From the NCBI GenBank assembly GCA_964106645.2, contig OZ067042.1: a stretch of DNA of 64,000 nt; one strand, given 5' to 3'. Numbering within the stretch: the first letter of the stretch is position 1; each line of letters opens with the position of its first letter. A model generated the notes under the pieces. That model saw only the letters and a program-made list of their open reading frames with translations, had not been told where the DNA came from and made no database searches. The translations under genes and the position numbers were made by a program. Positions 63,320-64,000 of the stretch are shown here, in pieces. Source of the stretch: Podarcis pityusensis. Its lineage: Eukaryota.

Positions 63320-64000
63320 CTCCTTTTCTTCCAAGTTCATAAGCAATGCAATTCGTTACGTTCCTTGCTGTGCTGTCACCGCCTTGGGGCGCGCAGCACA
63401 GAGAGTGGCAGGAGGCGATGCTGCCCCGTTGCCCTTCTCCTGCCCCGAGCCACAAGCCGCCAAAACCGCGACCTCGCCCCCCACACCCCCCGGCCAGCAT
63501 CCCCGGCAGAGGCAGCACTGCGTTGGTCCAAGCCTCCCGCGCGCGCCGCCCCTCTTCCTTCTCCTCCCGCAGCGCCAGGCTCGCCTTACCCAGCAGCGCC
63601 CCTTCAACACGTTGCCTTCAACCCGCTGCTTCCAGGCTCAGCGCCGCCCGCCGGGGCACCTTGGGCAGCCGCGCCGTCTGCGGGGGGGACCCGTCCTTGC
63701 CAGCGGCGGCGGCGGCGGCACCCAGGGCTGCCTAATCGGGCCGCGGGCGCAGGCTCGCCGGCACTTGCTCTGGCGGACTGCCCGGCTGGACTGGCTGCCT
63801 CGCTAAAGCGGCCCCGGCAGGGGAGGGCGGGATGCTGACGCGATTTCCGGAGCGCCCGTTGCCATGGCGCCGGGGACACGCCGACCCGCCTCTCCCGGGC
63901 CGGGCTCGCGGGGAGGCGGCAGAGGCGCCTGGCTGATCGTGGAAGCTTGGGGGGAATCGTGGCCTGCTATTTTTAGAAGGGGGCGGCGGTGGTGAGGAGA
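63320..64000. promoter_or_regulatory. CpG island / probable GPAM promoter and first exon region
   Basis: Sharp rise in GC and CpG density with a (GGC)n run and GC boxes, ~2.5-3 kb upstream of the ATG exon; continues past the window end. Confidence 0.85.
63590..63800 (-). other. GPAM: Candidate non-coding first exon of GPAM (5' end approximate)
   Basis: Donor TGG/GTAAGG with GT at 63589-63588 inside the CpG island; the ATG exon has an acceptor, so an upstream exon is required. Confidence 0.55.

Noticed and set aside
63102-63879. Several overlapping 84-195 aa ORFs on both strands
   Set aside because: Expected from stop-codon scarcity in a CpG island; low-complexity Pro/Ala/Arg translations with no recognisable domain

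Overview
This is vertebrate nuclear DNA, almost certainly from a squamate and probably a lacertid lizard, judged from Sauria SINEs, a Bov-B LINE and lizard-type L2/CR1/MITE repeats. The right half holds the complete coding sequence of GPAM (mitochondrial glycerol-3-phosphate acyltransferase 1) on the minus strand. I reconstructed 20 coding exons by hand (ATG 60869 to TAG 32093). All introns are GT-AG and phases are consistent, giving 2496 nt or 831 aa with the four acyltransferase motifs intact. The gene has a ~2.85 kb 3' UTR and a CpG-island promoter at the window end. The left ~29 kb is non-coding intergenic DNA with transposon remnants and a few repeat-poor blocks that may be enhancers. Most short ORFs in the supplied track are spurious. 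I found no prokaryotic-style novel system. The best leads are: a complete minimal hammerhead-ribozyme motif at 51-88 in a Penelope-like end; an inverted pair of near-identical Sauria SINEs bracketing three catalytic-domain GPAM exons (circRNA/editing candidate); an out-of-frame uORF overlapping the GPAM start; a NAGNAG acceptor; and candidate repeat-derived or poison exons.
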